The position numbers and the translations under genes are program-made. A stretch of 64,000 bases of DNA from Candidatus Nomurabacteria bacterium (GTDB lineage Bacteria; Patescibacteriota; Minisyncoccia; Phycocordibacterales; UBA9973), in the NCBI GenBank assembly GCA_021413905.1, contig JAIOPO010000005.1:81271-145270 (forward strand), written 5' to 3'. Within the stretch, counting starts at the first letter, position 1. Every line of letters begins with the position of its first letter. Of this stretch, positions 46,504 to 56,828 are shown piece by piece. The notes under the pieces are model-generated. The model saw only the letters and a program-made list of their open reading frames with translations. It made no database searches and was not told where the DNA came from.

Positions 46504-49266
46504 CTAATTTGTTAAAGAATTAATTAATTTTCTTGTAGCAGGACCAAAAATACCATCAGCCTTTAAATTCAAATGTGATTTCTGAAATTGGATCAAAGCA
46601 TTTTTAGTAGCATTCCCAAATTTATTGGTTTCAAAACCTTTAGAACCAACACCTCTTAAAGAAACAGGAAAACCATTTTTATTCAAAAATTCTTGTAATT
46701 TCTTCACATCAAGAGAGGTGTTTCCAAACTTTAAATTATTTTTAAATTTAAAGTTATTATTTGAACTTAAATTTACACAATTATTCAAAGAGCAATCATT
46801 GTTGTTGATAAGATTATTTTGATTTTGATTTAAATTATTCAACAATAAAGCAACACCAGATGGTCTACTGTGCACAACAAAAGGAGTCATTGTTAACATA
46901 TTACTTTGATTACCAAAAGAATCCGTAACACGCACGAAACAATTATGTACACCGACAGGTAAATAGTTTAAAGTAATATGATTAACACCAGAAGAAACAG
47001 AAGTTGTACCAGAAGAACAATCACCATAAAAAACAACACTGCCAGATTCAGAAGAATTTAAATCATAAACAGGAGTACTGTTTGTTGAATTTTGAATTGC
47101 TGATATTTCATTTATTACAGGTGCTTCTGTGTCCACTTCATAATTAGAAGAATCAGTAGAAGCAGAAGGTGCATTACCTGTACTTGTATACCAAGAAGTA
47201 CCGACAGTGATAACATTTGAAAGATCAGCAACAGAAGAATCTGGTGTAAATAATGCCGTATAAATTGTAGGATCAGAAGTTACAGTAAAATCAGAAATTG
47301 AACCATTGGATACGGAAACATCAGCTGAAGTAAAAGCAGTGGGTGTCTCAGAAAAAGTAAATGTAATTGTCGCAGTATCACTTGATTTAAAAGTGTACCG
47401 ACTGAGTGAAATCACAACACTCGGTATAGTTTGATTTACGGTTAATGTATTAGCACTCACTGTTCCAGTTCTTGAATTCACAGCTATATCTGTCAGAACT
47501 GCTTTAAAATTAAAAATATCACTATTTGCAAAATCAGTAATTGCTTCAAAATCTGAAGCAGAGATAGACATTGTTTTTGTTCCAGCTACAACATCTCCAC
47601 TCAAAATAGTATACGCACTTCCAAGATTAGCATATGCACCACTATTTCTACTTGCTTGTATTTGAATTGTTCCACCAATCAAAGAATCATCATTAGAGTT
47701 TAAAGGAACAATAATATTTAAACTAGTATTAGTAGAATTCCAATAATCTGCAACAACGTTTCCACCCACAGATGTCACTGCCCCAGTAGTGAATGCAATC
47801 GGCAAAGTAACGTCAGTACCTGCTGATCCTAATAATAAAGTAGTAGTACCGGCTCCTTGATTTGAAACAGCGATATCTATAATCCCATCATTATTAAAAT
47901 CTGCAGTATTTAATGAAATAGGAGTAGACCCTACAGCGATATCTATTTTAGCACCGAAAGTTCCGTCTCCAACTCCAATTAAAAAAGAAATTGTATTTGC
48001 AGTTTGGTTTGAAACAATCAAATCCTGTTTTCCATCTCTATTTAAATCTACAACGGAAATAAAAACACCAGCATTAGTGCCGACATTATAATTCACAGCG
48101 GTAGCAAAGCTACCAAGACCATCACCAATTAAAACAGAAAGATTGCTTGTGGTTTGATTTGAGGAAACCAAATCAACTTTTCCATCATTATTAAAATCAC
48201 CATAACTCAAACCAATAGGAGCAGTACCAACACTATAATTCACAGCGGTAGCAAAGCTACCAAGACCATCACCAATTAAAACAGAAACGGAATTTGAAGT
48301 TTGGTTTGAAACAGCAATATCAAGATGACCATCACCGTTCAAATCAGTTGAAACAACTCCAGTAGGAGCAGAACCCACAGTAAATGATACAGGGTTAGCA
48401 AAAGTACCAGTACCTGAACCAAAAATAACAGTCGCACTCGTACCTGCTACTGTAGTGGAAACAACCAAATCAATATTACCGTCTTCATTGAAATCACCAG
48501 AAGACATATAACGAGATGTTTTACCAACAGAATAAGTAGAATTAGTACCAAAACTTCCAGCTCCATCACCCAGCAAAACAGAAATACTATTTCCATTATC
48601 ACTTGTAGCAGCTATGTCTAATTTTCCATCTTTGTTAAAATCAGCAACCACCATTCCTCTTGGACGTGAGGCTACTGTGTAATTCGTAGCGGTACCCATA
48701 TTCCCTGTTCCATCGCCGAGAAAAACAGAAATATTTGCAGATGTTTGATTTGAAACAGCCATATCCATATTTCCATCTTGATTGAAATCAGCAGTGACCA
48801 CAAATCTATTACTAGTACCTACAGTATAAGGTGAATGCGATTCAGCAGAAGCTGTATAGTCAAAAAAATGACAACCGCTTGTGGTAAAATTTTGAACAGT
48901 AGAAGCATTGCCTACTCCTGCACTATTCACAGCAAAAGCTTTATAGTAATAAGTAGTATTACATTTCAAAGAAGCACTTGGAAATGTATAAGAAAAAGAA
49001 CCAGTATTAAAAGAACCACTTTTTACAACTTGAAAATTTAAATTATTAGAAGCAGTACCATAATTAAAACCGACAGACAATGCATTCTCTCCACCAGTAT
49101 CACTAATATTTCCCAACAAAACAGCTGAAGTCGCCCCTACTGTAACCAAAGGTGAAGTAGTACTGACTGTTGGAGCAGAAATTGCAAATGCTGAATTTGT
49201 TAAAAATCCAAAGAATATAAAAATTATATATAAAAAAACGCCGTATTTTGTATTATATGTTCGCAT
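46504..49266 (-). CDS. Secreted FG-GAP/VCBS repeat protein with Ig-like domains and C-terminal peptidoglycan-binding domain
   Basis: Signal peptide; seven D(F/L)NxDGxxD repeats of about 49 aa; ITFTFSE Ig-like segment; DVKKLQEFLN..FGNATKNALIQFQ..DGIFGPAT PG-binding motif. Confidence 0.88.
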   Translation of the reverse strand: MRTYNTKYGVFLYIIFIFFGFLTNSAFAISAPTVSTTSPLVTVGATSAVLLGNISDTGGENALSVGFNYGTASNNLNFQVVKSGSFNTGSFSYTFPSASLKCNTTYYYKAFAVNSAGVGNASTVQNFTTSGCHFFDYTASAESHSPYTVGTSNRFVVTADFNQDGNMDMAVSNQTSANISVFLGDGTGNMGTATNYTVASRPRGMVVADFNKDGKLDIAATSDNGNSISVLLGDGAGSFGTNSTYSVGKTSRYMSSGDFNEDGNIDLVVSTTVAGTSATVIFGSGTGTFANPVSFTVGSAPTGVVSTDLNGDGHLDIAVSNQTSNSVSVLIGDGLGSFATAVNYSVGTAPIGLSYGDFNNDGKVDLVSSNQTTSNLSVLIGDGLGSFATAVNYNVGTNAGVFISVVDLNRDGKQDLIVSNQTANTISFLIGVGDGTFGAKIDIAVGSTPISLNTADFNNDGIIDIAVSNQGAGTTTLLLGSAGTDVTLPIAFTTGAVTSVGGNVVADYWNSTNTSLNIIVPLNSNDDSLIGGTIQIQASRNSGAYANLGSAYTILSGDVVAGTKTMSISASDFEAITDFANSDIFNFKAVLTDIAVNSRTGTVSANTLTVNQTIPSVVISLSRYTFKSSDTATITFTFSETPTAFTSADVSVSNGSISDFTVTSDPTIYTALFTPDSSVADLSNVITVGTSWYTSTGNAPSASTDSSNYEVDTEAPVINEISAIQNSTNSTPVYDLNSSESGSVVFYGDCSSGTTSVSSGVNHITLNYLPVGVHNCFVRVTDSFGNQSNMLTMTPFVVHSRPSGVALLLNNLNQNQNNLINNNDCSLNNCVNLSSNNNFKFKNNLKFGNTSLDVKKLQEFLNKNGFPVSLRGVGSKGFETNKFGNATKNALIQFQKSHLNLKADGIFGPATRKLINSLTN
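48087..48287. repeat. Exact 54-bp direct repeat within FG-GAP blades
   Basis: 48087-48140 equals 48234-48287; offset 147 bp, one 49-aa blade. Confidence 0.9.
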
Positions 49267-49302
49267 ACATTTATTATAACAATAATAAAAATAAAAAACT
49301 AC

Positions 49303-50316
49303 TTATATCAAATTCACTTCTGGTGTAATGCTAATACCGAATTTTTCAAAAACAGAATCTATAATTAAATTGGCAAAATTAACCATTTCTACTCCATCAG
49401 CACCACCATAATTTACCAAAACAAGGGCTTGTTTTTCATGAACTCCTACATTACCTACCCTTCTCCCTTTCCATCCAGCTTTTTCTATCAACCAAGCCGT
49501 AGGAATTTTTATTTTTTCATTTTCATTAAAATAATTCATTTCCGGATATTTTTCCAAAAGTTCATTTAATTTTTTTTGATCAATATAAACATTTTTAAAA
49601 AAAGAACCTGCGTTACCTAAAACTTTCGGATCAGGTAATTTACTTTTACGAATTAAGGAAACAGCATCACTTACATCTTTAGATGTTTCAAGTTTTAAAT
49701 TATTTTCTTTTATATATTCTTCTAAAACTTTATATGAGGTGTTTAATTTATTTTTTTTAGATAATTTCACAGTAATACTTGAAATAAAATATTTTCCCTT
49801 TAATTCATTTTTAAAAATACTATCCCTGTATCCAAAATTACATTCTGTATTATTAAAAATTCTTTTTTCTCCAGAATCTATTTCATAAGATTCTAAACTT
49901 TCTAAAATATCTTTAAGCTCCACACCATACGCTCCTATGTTTTGTATTGGCGAAGCTCCCACAGTGCCTGGTATTAAAGACATATTTTCAATTCCCCAAA
50001 AATTATTTTCTACACAAAAAACAACCAAATCATGCCATAATTCCCCGCCAAATGCTTTTACCCAAACATTTATATCATCTTCTTTTAAAATCTCAATTCC
50101 TTTTAATTTATTTAAAATAACCAAGCCGTCAAAATCTTTAGTAAAAAGAATATTACTTCCCCCACCCAAAAAAAGAATATTATTTTTTTTAAATTCTTCA
50201 GAATTTAAAATATTTTTTAAATCATTTTCATTTTCAATAATGAAAAAAAGTTTTGATTTAACAAAAACACCAAAAGTATTTAAATCTTTTAAATTAAAAT
50301 CTTTTAAGATTTTCAT
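49303..50316 (-). CDS. murB: UDP-N-acetylenolpyruvoylglucosamine reductase
   Basis: LGGGSNIL, IPGTVGASPIQNIGAYG, GNAGSFFKN, QALVLVN. Start placed at ATG 50316. Confidence 0.96.
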   Translation of the reverse strand: MKILKDFNLKDLNTFGVFVKSKLFFIIENENDLKNILNSEEFKKNNILFLGGGSNILFTKDFDGLVILNKLKGIEILKEDDINVWVKAFGGELWHDLVVFCVENNFWGIENMSLIPGTVGASPIQNIGAYGVELKDILESLESYEIDSGEKRIFNNTECNFGYRDSIFKNELKGKYFISSITVKLSKKNKLNTSYKVLEEYIKENNLKLETSKDVSDAVSLIRKSKLPDPKVLGNAGSFFKNVYIDQKKLNELLEKYPEMNYFNENEKIKIPTAWLIEKAGWKGRRVGNVGVHEKQALVLVNYGGADGVEMVNFANLIIDSVFEKFGISITPEVNLI

Positions 50317-50318
50317 CT

Positions 50319-51596
50319 TTAAAACCAAAGAGAAATTATCGTAGTAATACCAACCAATGTCATCAATAAAAACAAAATCCAACCAAAAAATTTAATCAAT
50401 TTGCTATTTTTATATTCTCCCATTATTTTTTCATTTGAACTTAAACCTAATATTAAAAAAATAATAATAGGTGCAACTAAACCATTCAACATGGCAGAAT
50501 AAATCAATGCTTTAATTGAATCTAACCCTATAAAATTTAAAAGAATTCCAAAACCAACAGCTAAAATAATAACTCCATAAAAAGCTAATGCTTCTCGCCA
50601 ATTTCTATACAAACCTTCTTTCCAACCAAAAAATTCAGAAACTGCATAAGAAACAGATCCAGCCAAAACAGGTATCGCTAAAAGACCAGTACCCACAATA
50701 CCGATAGCAAAAAGTATAAAAGTAAAATTCCCCGCCAATGGTCGTAAAGCATAAGCAGCGTCTGTGGCAGTTGTTATATTTGTAATACCATTTTTAAATA
50801 AAGTAGAAGCACAAGTAAGTATTATAAAAAACATTACGACATTTGAAAAAAACATTCCAGACCAGACATCTGCACGCATTTTTTTTATATCATTTTTTAT
50901 ATCTAAATCAGAAGAAATACCTTCAGCTGACTGAGGGATAAGACTATACTCTTCTACTTCTTGAGAAGTTTGCCAGAAAAAAAGATAAGGCGAGATTGTT
51001 GTTCCCAATATTGCACAGATTAAAATCAAGCTATCTTTTGATATATGAATATTTGGTATAAAAGTATGCTTTAATACCTGAAACCAGTCTATCTGAATTA
51101 CAAAAACAGCAAAAACATATGCAAACAAAACAAAAGTCAGATATTTCAAATATTTTGAATATTTTTTATACGAAATAAATATTTGTAAAACCAAACAAAA
51201 CACAGCAAAAATAATAACCAATAAAGCAAAATTTAAATGAGGAAAGACTAATCGCACTCCCTGAGCCATTGCTCCCAAATCTGCGCCGATATTAAATATA
51301 TTTGCAGAAAGTAAAAGCAAGGCACAGATAAATAAAACTTTTTTAGAATAATTTCTTTTTATATTATAAGCAAGACCTGCCCCTGTAACGAGGCCTATAC
51401 GCGCGCACATTTCTTGGACTATAGCCATCAAAGGAAATGTAAAAAGAGCAAGCCAAATCATATTTAATCCATATTTAGCTCCTGTTTGAGAATAAGTAGC
51501 GATACCAGAAGGATCATCATCGGCTGCTCCTGTTGTGAGTCCGGGACCCAAAGCTTTCCAATAATTCTCGAAAATATTAAATATTTTTTTAGGCAT
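50319..51596 (-). CDS. NRAMP-family divalent metal transporter
   Basis: LGPGLTTGAADDDPSGIATY, QEMCARIG, GTTISPY. Confidence 0.9.
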   Translation of the reverse strand: MPKKIFNIFENYWKALGPGLTTGAADDDPSGIATYSQTGAKYGLNMIWLALFTFPLMAIVQEMCARIGLVTGAGLAYNIKRNYSKKVLFICALLLLSANIFNIGADLGAMAQGVRLVFPHLNFALLVIIFAVFCLVLQIFISYKKYSKYLKYLTFVLFAYVFAVFVIQIDWFQVLKHTFIPNIHISKDSLILICAILGTTISPYLFFWQTSQEVEEYSLIPQSAEGISSDLDIKNDIKKMRADVWSGMFFSNVVMFFIILTCASTLFKNGITNITTATDAAYALRPLAGNFTFILFAIGIVGTGLLAIPVLAGSVSYAVSEFFGWKEGLYRNWREALAFYGVIILAVGFGILLNFIGLDSIKALIYSAMLNGLVAPIIIFLILGLSSNEKIMGEYKNSKLIKFFGWILFLLMTLVGITTIISLWF

Positions 51597-51601
51597 AATT
51601 T

Positions 51602-52999
51602 TTATTTATTTTTTTCAAAATCAATACTAATAGAAAAAATATTTTTGTCATTTTTCATAGAAGTCATAAATTGCAAACCGAAAGGCAAACCAGAGGAAGA
51701 AAATCCGCATGGTATGGAAATACTCGGTATGCCGGAAATATTCGCAGGCACAGTAAAAATGTCAGATAGATACATTTGCAAAGGATCTTTTTTTTCTCCG
51801 AATTTAAATGCCGGAGTCGGAGTCGTCGGAGTAGCGATAAAATCAACTTTTTTAAAAATATCTTCAAATTCTTTTTCGATTACATGGCGAACTTTCCAAG
51901 CTTTGTTGTAATATGCGTCATAATATCCATGAGACAGGACATACGATCCTAAAATAATTCTGCGTCTTGTTTCTGCACCAAAACCCGCTGAACGAGATTT
52001 TTTGTAAGTATCAAACATATTCTCCCCTTCTTTTCGCAAACCATAACGCACGCCATCTAAACGAGAAAGATTTGTAGAAACTTCCGCTGGCATTAAAATA
52101 TAATAAACAGCCAAAGAAAATTTTGAATATGGTAAATCAATATCCACTATTTCATATCCTTGTTTTTTTAATTTTTCCAAAGACTCTTCAAAATTTTTAA
52201 TTATTTCAATATCAACTCCTTCTTTCAACCAATTTCGAGGCACACCTATTTTCTTGCCACTTTTATTTTCAGAATTTATTTCTATACTTGTACTATCCAT
52301 CTCATCTTTACCTACAATGCAATCAAAAATTATTTTTGCATCTTCAACTGTTTTTGCAACAGGACCTATTTGATCCAAAGATGAAGACATCGCCATCGTG
52401 CCGTTTCTGGAAACTCCGCCATAAGACGGCTTCATACCTACAAGCCCGCAAAAAGACGCCGGCTGGCGAATAGAACCTCCTGTGTCAGTACCTAATGCAC
52501 CAAGAGCCATACCTGCAACAACAGAAGCAGTGGAACCACCCGAAGAACCTCCCGGAACACGAGTCGGATCAATCGGATTCTTAACTACTCCATATGCAGA
52601 ATTTTCAGTAGAAGAACCCATAGCAAACTCATCCATATTTGTCCTGCCAATAAAAACTGCACCTGCTTCTTTTAATTTCTTAATAAGATATGCATCATAG
52701 CTTGCCACATAATTTTCAAGCATTTTGGATCCTGCGCTCACTTTTCTACCAGTTATTAAAATATTGTCTTTGATAGCCAAAGGTATACCGGTCAGCAATG
52801 TGCCTTGTCCGCTTTTTATGATCTCATCCGCTTTTTTAGCTTGCTCTAATGCATCAGAAAAAACTTCCAAAAAAATATTTAGCTCTTTATTTTTTTCTTC
52901 AATATTTTTCAAACAAGCAGAGACTAAATCAACTGAGGTCAATTCTCCTTTTTGCATCATCTCTCCCGCTTTTTCTATTGTTAAATTTTTTATATCCAT
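51602..52999 (-). CDS. gatA: Glu/Asp-tRNA amidotransferase subunit A
   Basis: GIPLAIKDN, NMDEFAMGSSTE, PGGSSGGS, DTGGSIRQPA. Start placed at ATG 52999. Confidence 0.97.
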   Translation of the reverse strand: MDIKNLTIEKAGEMMQKGELTSVDLVSACLKNIEEKNKELNIFLEVFSDALEQAKKADEIIKSGQGTLLTGIPLAIKDNILITGRKVSAGSKMLENYVASYDAYLIKKLKEAGAVFIGRTNMDEFAMGSSTENSAYGVVKNPIDPTRVPGGSSGGSTASVVAGMALGALGTDTGGSIRQPASFCGLVGMKPSYGGVSRNGTMAMSSSLDQIGPVAKTVEDAKIIFDCIVGKDEMDSTSIEINSENKSGKKIGVPRNWLKEGVDIEIIKNFEESLEKLKKQGYEIVDIDLPYSKFSLAVYYILMPAEVSTNLSRLDGVRYGLRKEGENMFDTYKKSRSAGFGAETRRRIILGSYVLSHGYYDAYYNKAWKVRHVIEKEFEDIFKKVDFIATPTTPTPAFKFGEKKDPLQMYLSDIFTVPANISGIPSISIPCGFSSSGLPFGLQFMTSMKNDKNIFSISIDFEKNK

Positions 53000-53008
53000 A
53001 AAATATTT

Positions 53009-53098
53009 AATTAAGAAAATCAAAGATTTGAAGCGTCGTGGGTTCCCTGTCCTATGTCTCCGAGGGTGAAGGCGCTAAAATCTTTGAATTTCTTAATT
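53009..53098. repeat. 90-bp inverted-repeat element between gatC and gatA
   Basis: Terminal inverted repeats 53009-53029 and 53078-53098 match at 20/21; inner arms AGCGTC/GGCGCT and CCCT/AGGG. Confidence 0.75.
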
Positions 53099-53103
53099 TA
53101 TAA

Positions 53104-53376
53104 TCATAAAATCTTCTTCACTTTTACATAATCATCCTGTGAATCCGGAAATTGTTTTATAATCAAATCTTTTGAAAAATCTTTCATTAAAATTTCATCC
53201 TCTCTCCATATATTTTTATTCACATACTCAGGTTCAATATCCGGAACTTCAAGCATTTCTATTTGTTTTACATAATCCAAAATACCAGCCATATCAGAAA
53301 GCAAAGAAACCTTTTCCTCTTCAGAAAGCTCTATTTTTGACATTTCCGCCAAATTCTCTATATCCTTTATCTCCAT
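53104..53376 (-). CDS. gatC: Amidotransferase subunit C
   Basis: IENLAEMSKIEL, ILDYVKQI, WREDE, YVKVKKIL; upstream of gatA. Confidence 0.92.
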   Translation of the reverse strand: MEIKDIENLAEMSKIELSEEEKVSLLSDMAGILDYVKQIEMLEVPDIEPEYVNKNIWREDEILMKDFSKDLIIKQFPDSQDDYVKVKKIL

Positions 53377-53412
53377 ACCAAAAGTATAGCAAAATATAAG
53401 AAAAATTGGAAT

Positions 53413-54309
53413 TTAATTACCGAGCAAAGCTTTTATTCTCTCTTCCACAGGTGGATGTGTGCTAAATAAATTTGAGACTTTTTGACCTAAGCTACCTTTA
53501 TTACCAAAAGGATTCGCTATAAAAAGATGCGCTGTGGCTGTGTTTGCGTGAGCCATCGGTCTGGAATATTTTGATATTTTCTGCAAAGCATTCGCCAGCC
53601 CTTCCGGATAACGGGTGAGCAATGCCCCCGATGCGTCTGCTAGGAATTCTCTTTTTCTGGAAATCGCGAGCTGGATAAGAGTTGCAAAAATCGGCGCTAA
53701 AATCGAAAGCACAATACCGATGAGCATCATCAGTCCATTATTATTTTCATTATCTCTATTTCTACCACCTCCGAAAAACATAGAACGCAAAAACATATCG
53801 GCAATTATAGAAATAAAGCCAACTAAAACCACCACGACAGTCGAAAGTAAAATATCTCTGTTGCCTATGTGTGAAAGCTCGTGAGCTATCACACCTTCCA
53901 TTTCGCTCTTGTCTAAAATCTGCAATATTCCCGTCGTCACTGCCACCACTGCATGATTTTTATCTCTGCCTGTGGCAAAAGCATTCGGCGCAGGGTCTTC
54001 TATAATATAAAGTTTCGGCATTGGAAGTCCCGCAGTAATTGCAAGATTTTCAACAATATTCCACAGCTCCGGATTTTGCTCTTTTTTGATTTGCTTCGCG
54101 CGGTTTAAACTCAAAGCTATTTTATCCGAATACCAATAACTCGCTATGTTCATCACTATGCTGAAAATAACAAAGAAATACAGAATATTCGGATTCCTAT
54201 AATATTGCGAAAAGAAAAAACCAATCGCAATAACAATCACAAAAAACATGCTCATCAAGAGCCAAGTCTTTGTCACATTTTTTGATTGCTCTGTATAAAG
54301 TGTTGCCAT
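53413..54309 (-). CDS. htpX: Membrane zinc metalloprotease HtpX (M48)
   Basis: PNAFATG, AHELSH, SRKREFLAD, FSTHPP. Confidence 0.95.
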   Translation of the reverse strand: MATLYTEQSKNVTKTWLLMSMFFVIVIAIGFFFSQYYRNPNILYFFVIFSIVMNIASYWYSDKIALSLNRAKQIKKEQNPELWNIVENLAITAGLPMPKLYIIEDPAPNAFATGRDKNHAVVAVTTGILQILDKSEMEGVIAHELSHIGNRDILLSTVVVVLVGFISIIADMFLRSMFFGGGRNRDNENNNGLMMLIGIVLSILAPIFATLIQLAISRKREFLADASGALLTRYPEGLANALQKISKYSRPMAHANTATAHLFIANPFGNKGSLGQKVSNLFSTHPPVEERIKALLGN

Positions 54310-54313
54310 ATTT

Positions 54314-54517
54314 TTATTCTATTTCTGCATCCCTTAAAATATTCTTTACAATTTTAGGATGAAGAATTTTTGAACTGTGTTTTGGAATAGTAATTCGCAC
54401 GCCTTTGCCATTGTGAAAAATCATATGACTTCCACTCTGGCGAGACAAGGAAAATCCAATAGACTTTATTATTTTTATAATTTGGCCAGCAGTATACCTG
54501 AGAGTTTTTGGAGACAT
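54314..54517 (-). CDS. hicA: HicA-family mRNA interferase toxin
   Basis: GFSLSRQSGSHMIF, ITIPKH. Confidence 0.9.
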   Translation of the reverse strand: MSPKTLRYTAGQIIKIIKSIGFSLSRQSGSHMIFHNGKGVRITIPKHSSKILHPKIVKNILRDAEIE

Positions 54518-54520
54518 ATT

Positions 54521-54751
54521 TTAAGCCACTGCAACTTGAAAATTAGAAAATGTAAAAAATCTTTCAGAAAGTTTTAGTTTTTCTTTTTTTGCAACCCTGT
54601 CTGCAATATGAAGCTTTATGGCATCTTTGATATTTTTTACAACATCTTCATAAGTTTTGCCTTGTGTATAGCATCCCTGCAAATCTAAACATTCGGCAAC
54701 AAAGCCGTCTTTATCTTGTTCTATAACGACAGAAAAGTTTTGTATCTTCAT
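54521..54751 (-). CDS. hicB: HicB-family antitoxin (short, no DNA-binding domain evident)
   Basis: FVAECLDLQGCYTQGKTYEDVVKNIKDAI. Confidence 0.9.
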   Translation of the reverse strand: MKIQNFSVVIEQDKDGFVAECLDLQGCYTQGKTYEDVVKNIKDAIKLHIADRVAKKEKLKLSERFFTFSNFQVAVA

Positions 54752-54819
54752 ATTTTTATTTTAACACACCATATGCCAAAACCGCAACTATTCTAAATTG
54801 AAGTGCTTTTATAGTCAAA

Positions 54820-55794
54820 CTAACGATAAAAAGGATTAAAATGCTCTGCTAAATTACGAAAGCACAAAAACTCTAGATAAAAATTTTCATACAACTCTGT
54901 ATTTTTTGAAAAACTTTTAAAAGGATTAATAACTTTAAACATAGATTTATCTTTACTATTATTTATATTATTAATATAATATTTTACAAAAATAGAACTT
55001 TTAGTAAAATAAAAATCATATCTTCTTTGATTGTTAAAAAATTTAATAAATTCCATAAGTAGTTCCATTGTATGTGGATTTAATAATTCCCTTACTTCAA
55101 TTTGATCTTTGCAATACACATCAAACATTTTCTCGAAATCATTACTTTCCAAGAAAACTGCTTCTTTCTTGTATCCAAGTAAAGCAAAATCCTCAAATCC
55201 TGGAACAAGCGCTACTTTTTTTGATTTTACTAATACATCATTTTTCATTTTAAATTTATCAGATAAATATTTTATCTCTGTTATATAAGAATGTGAAGTG
55301 ATTTTTGTTCTGCTACTATTATTCGAAACTGCTATTTCATACCCTTCAATAAAAACATCACAAATTTCTTTATTGAACATATTTTGTGTTTCATACTTTA
55401 TATGACTTTGAATACAATCGATACCATCATGAGGATTAACCAAACACCTATTATCTAAATAATCTGGAGAGTCGCTTGGTATAAACTCATAGAAAAGCTT
55501 TTTATCAATCAACTTAGCCAAAATAGGTATAACATCATTGCGTGGGTCAATACTCTGAATGTCATAAATGGCTACTAAGACAGGCAAAATAAATGCATAC
55601 GTAATAAGGTTATAAACATCTGACGTATCTTTACTTTTAAAGATAAAGTAATCCAGAATAAGTAGAGTAAGAGAAAATAAGCTACCAGCAAAAAATCCAA
55701 GAAATAAAAGACGTTTTCGTTTATTATCAGATTTAATTAAAAGACTTTTAACATCAGAGCGAGATAGAAAAGTTTTTATAAATTCTTTATTCAT
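54820..55794 (-). CDS. DUF3137-like membrane protein
   Basis: Two N-terminal TM helices; LESNDFEKMFDVYCKDQIEVRELLNPHTME; in the lemA locus. Confidence 0.75.
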   Translation of the reverse strand: MNKEFIKTFLSRSDVKSLLIKSDNKRKRLLFLGFFAGSLFSLTLLILDYFIFKSKDTSDVYNLITYAFILPVLVAIYDIQSIDPRNDVIPILAKLIDKKLFYEFIPSDSPDYLDNRCLVNPHDGIDCIQSHIKYETQNMFNKEICDVFIEGYEIAVSNNSSRTKITSHSYITEIKYLSDKFKMKNDVLVKSKKVALVPGFEDFALLGYKKEAVFLESNDFEKMFDVYCKDQIEVRELLNPHTMELLMEFIKFFNNQRRYDFYFTKSSIFVKYYINNINNSKDKSMFKVINPFKSFSKNTELYENFYLEFLCFRNLAEHFNPFYR

Positions 55795-55822
55795 TTGATG
55801 AACTAAATTAAATAATATATAA

Positions 55823-56293
55823 CTATTCTATCACAATTGGAATTAAAATAGATTTGTCATTTTCGGGCAAACCTGAAGCATTGTCATTGTGGATTTCAAA
55901 ATATGATGGACCCTTTGGGAGAGTGGAGAAATCAATATTGCCTTCAAATTCCACCGGTTCTGCAGTCATCCATTCAGTCTTTGCCACGGCATTGCTTGAT
56001 TTTAATACTTTTTTATTTGCGTCCAAAATATTTATCAAGATATTTCCTTCAAAAAAATATCCGCCTTTAATGCTTCCTCTGTATGAAAGAATGCCATGCA
56101 CTTTTGTATTCGGAAAAACAGAAAAAGAAATTAAATCATCTTTATTCCCCTGCAATAAATCTTTTGGATATGTTTCAATATTATTTACTTTTGTATTTTC
56201 ATTTACCGGAGCTTTGACTTCCATTTTAAAAATGAAAAAACCAAGAATAATTATTACAACAATTATTAATATAATCGAAACTTTTTTTGCCAT
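55823..56293 (-). CDS. Membrane-anchored Ig-like (Gmad2-type) protein
   Basis: GGYFFEG, EWMTAEPVEF, DNASGLPEND. Start placed at ATG 56293. Confidence 0.75.
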   Translation of the reverse strand: MAKKVSIILIIVVIIILGFFIFKMEVKAPVNENTKVNNIETYPKDLLQGNKDDLISFSVFPNTKVHGILSYRGSIKGGYFFEGNILINILDANKKVLKSSNAVAKTEWMTAEPVEFEGNIDFSTLPKGPSYFEIHNDNASGLPENDKSILIPIVIE

Positions 56294-56297
56294 AAAT

Positions 56298-56828
56298 TTA
56301 AATATTATAATTGTATCCATATGGACCTGTTGCTTTCAAAATAACAGAAGCATCTTTAGAGTAAGTTTTTTTAATCAAAACACCAAACTGACAAGTATTT
56401 TTACTATTTTCATCATTAACAAAAACACTACCTTTACATAATTCTCCTTTTAAATAAACACCACCATGTGAATCTTTTACATCAAAAGTCTGTATTTCAT
56501 AACCAGCCATTGGTACTACTGGTAAACAAAGCTCTGTGTTGCAAACCTCATCTACGCCTATTAACTTAAAAGTTGAACCAGAACCATATGCATCATTTAC
56601 GACAACTTTCTCTCCTAATTTAATATTAAATTCTTCATTTAAGTCTACAGTTCTTGTTTGTGAACTCAATGGAGGTAATTTGAGAATATCTTTTATGTTT
56701 GTTTCTTTTTTAACTTCTTTATTATCAGCATCTTTAAATGAAACAGACTTCACAGAAAAAATCACACACAAATAGACTAAGGCTAACGCTATGATAATTA
56801 GTAATGTTGTTATTATTTTCTTTTGCAT
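56298..56828 (-). CDS. Membrane-anchored hypothetical protein, paralog A
   Basis: N-terminal TM helix; first 43 aa nearly identical to 56845-57369. Confidence 0.8.
   Translation of the reverse strand: MQKKIITTLLIIIALALVYLCVIFSVKSVSFKDADNKEVKKETNIKDILKLPPLSSQTRTVDLNEEFNIKLGEKVVVNDAYGSGSTFKLIGVDEVCNTELCLPVVPMAGYEIQTFDVKDSHGGVYLKGELCKGSVFVNDENSKNTCQFGVLIKKTYSKDASVILKATGPYGYNYNI

Noticed and set aside
50316-50382. Apparent gene overlaps or long N-termini (murB/NRAMP, Gmad2/paralog A, gatA, secD, rpsS, dCMP deaminase)
   Set aside because: Artefacts of longest-ORF start choice; downstream ATGs give family-typical N-termini and remove the overlaps.
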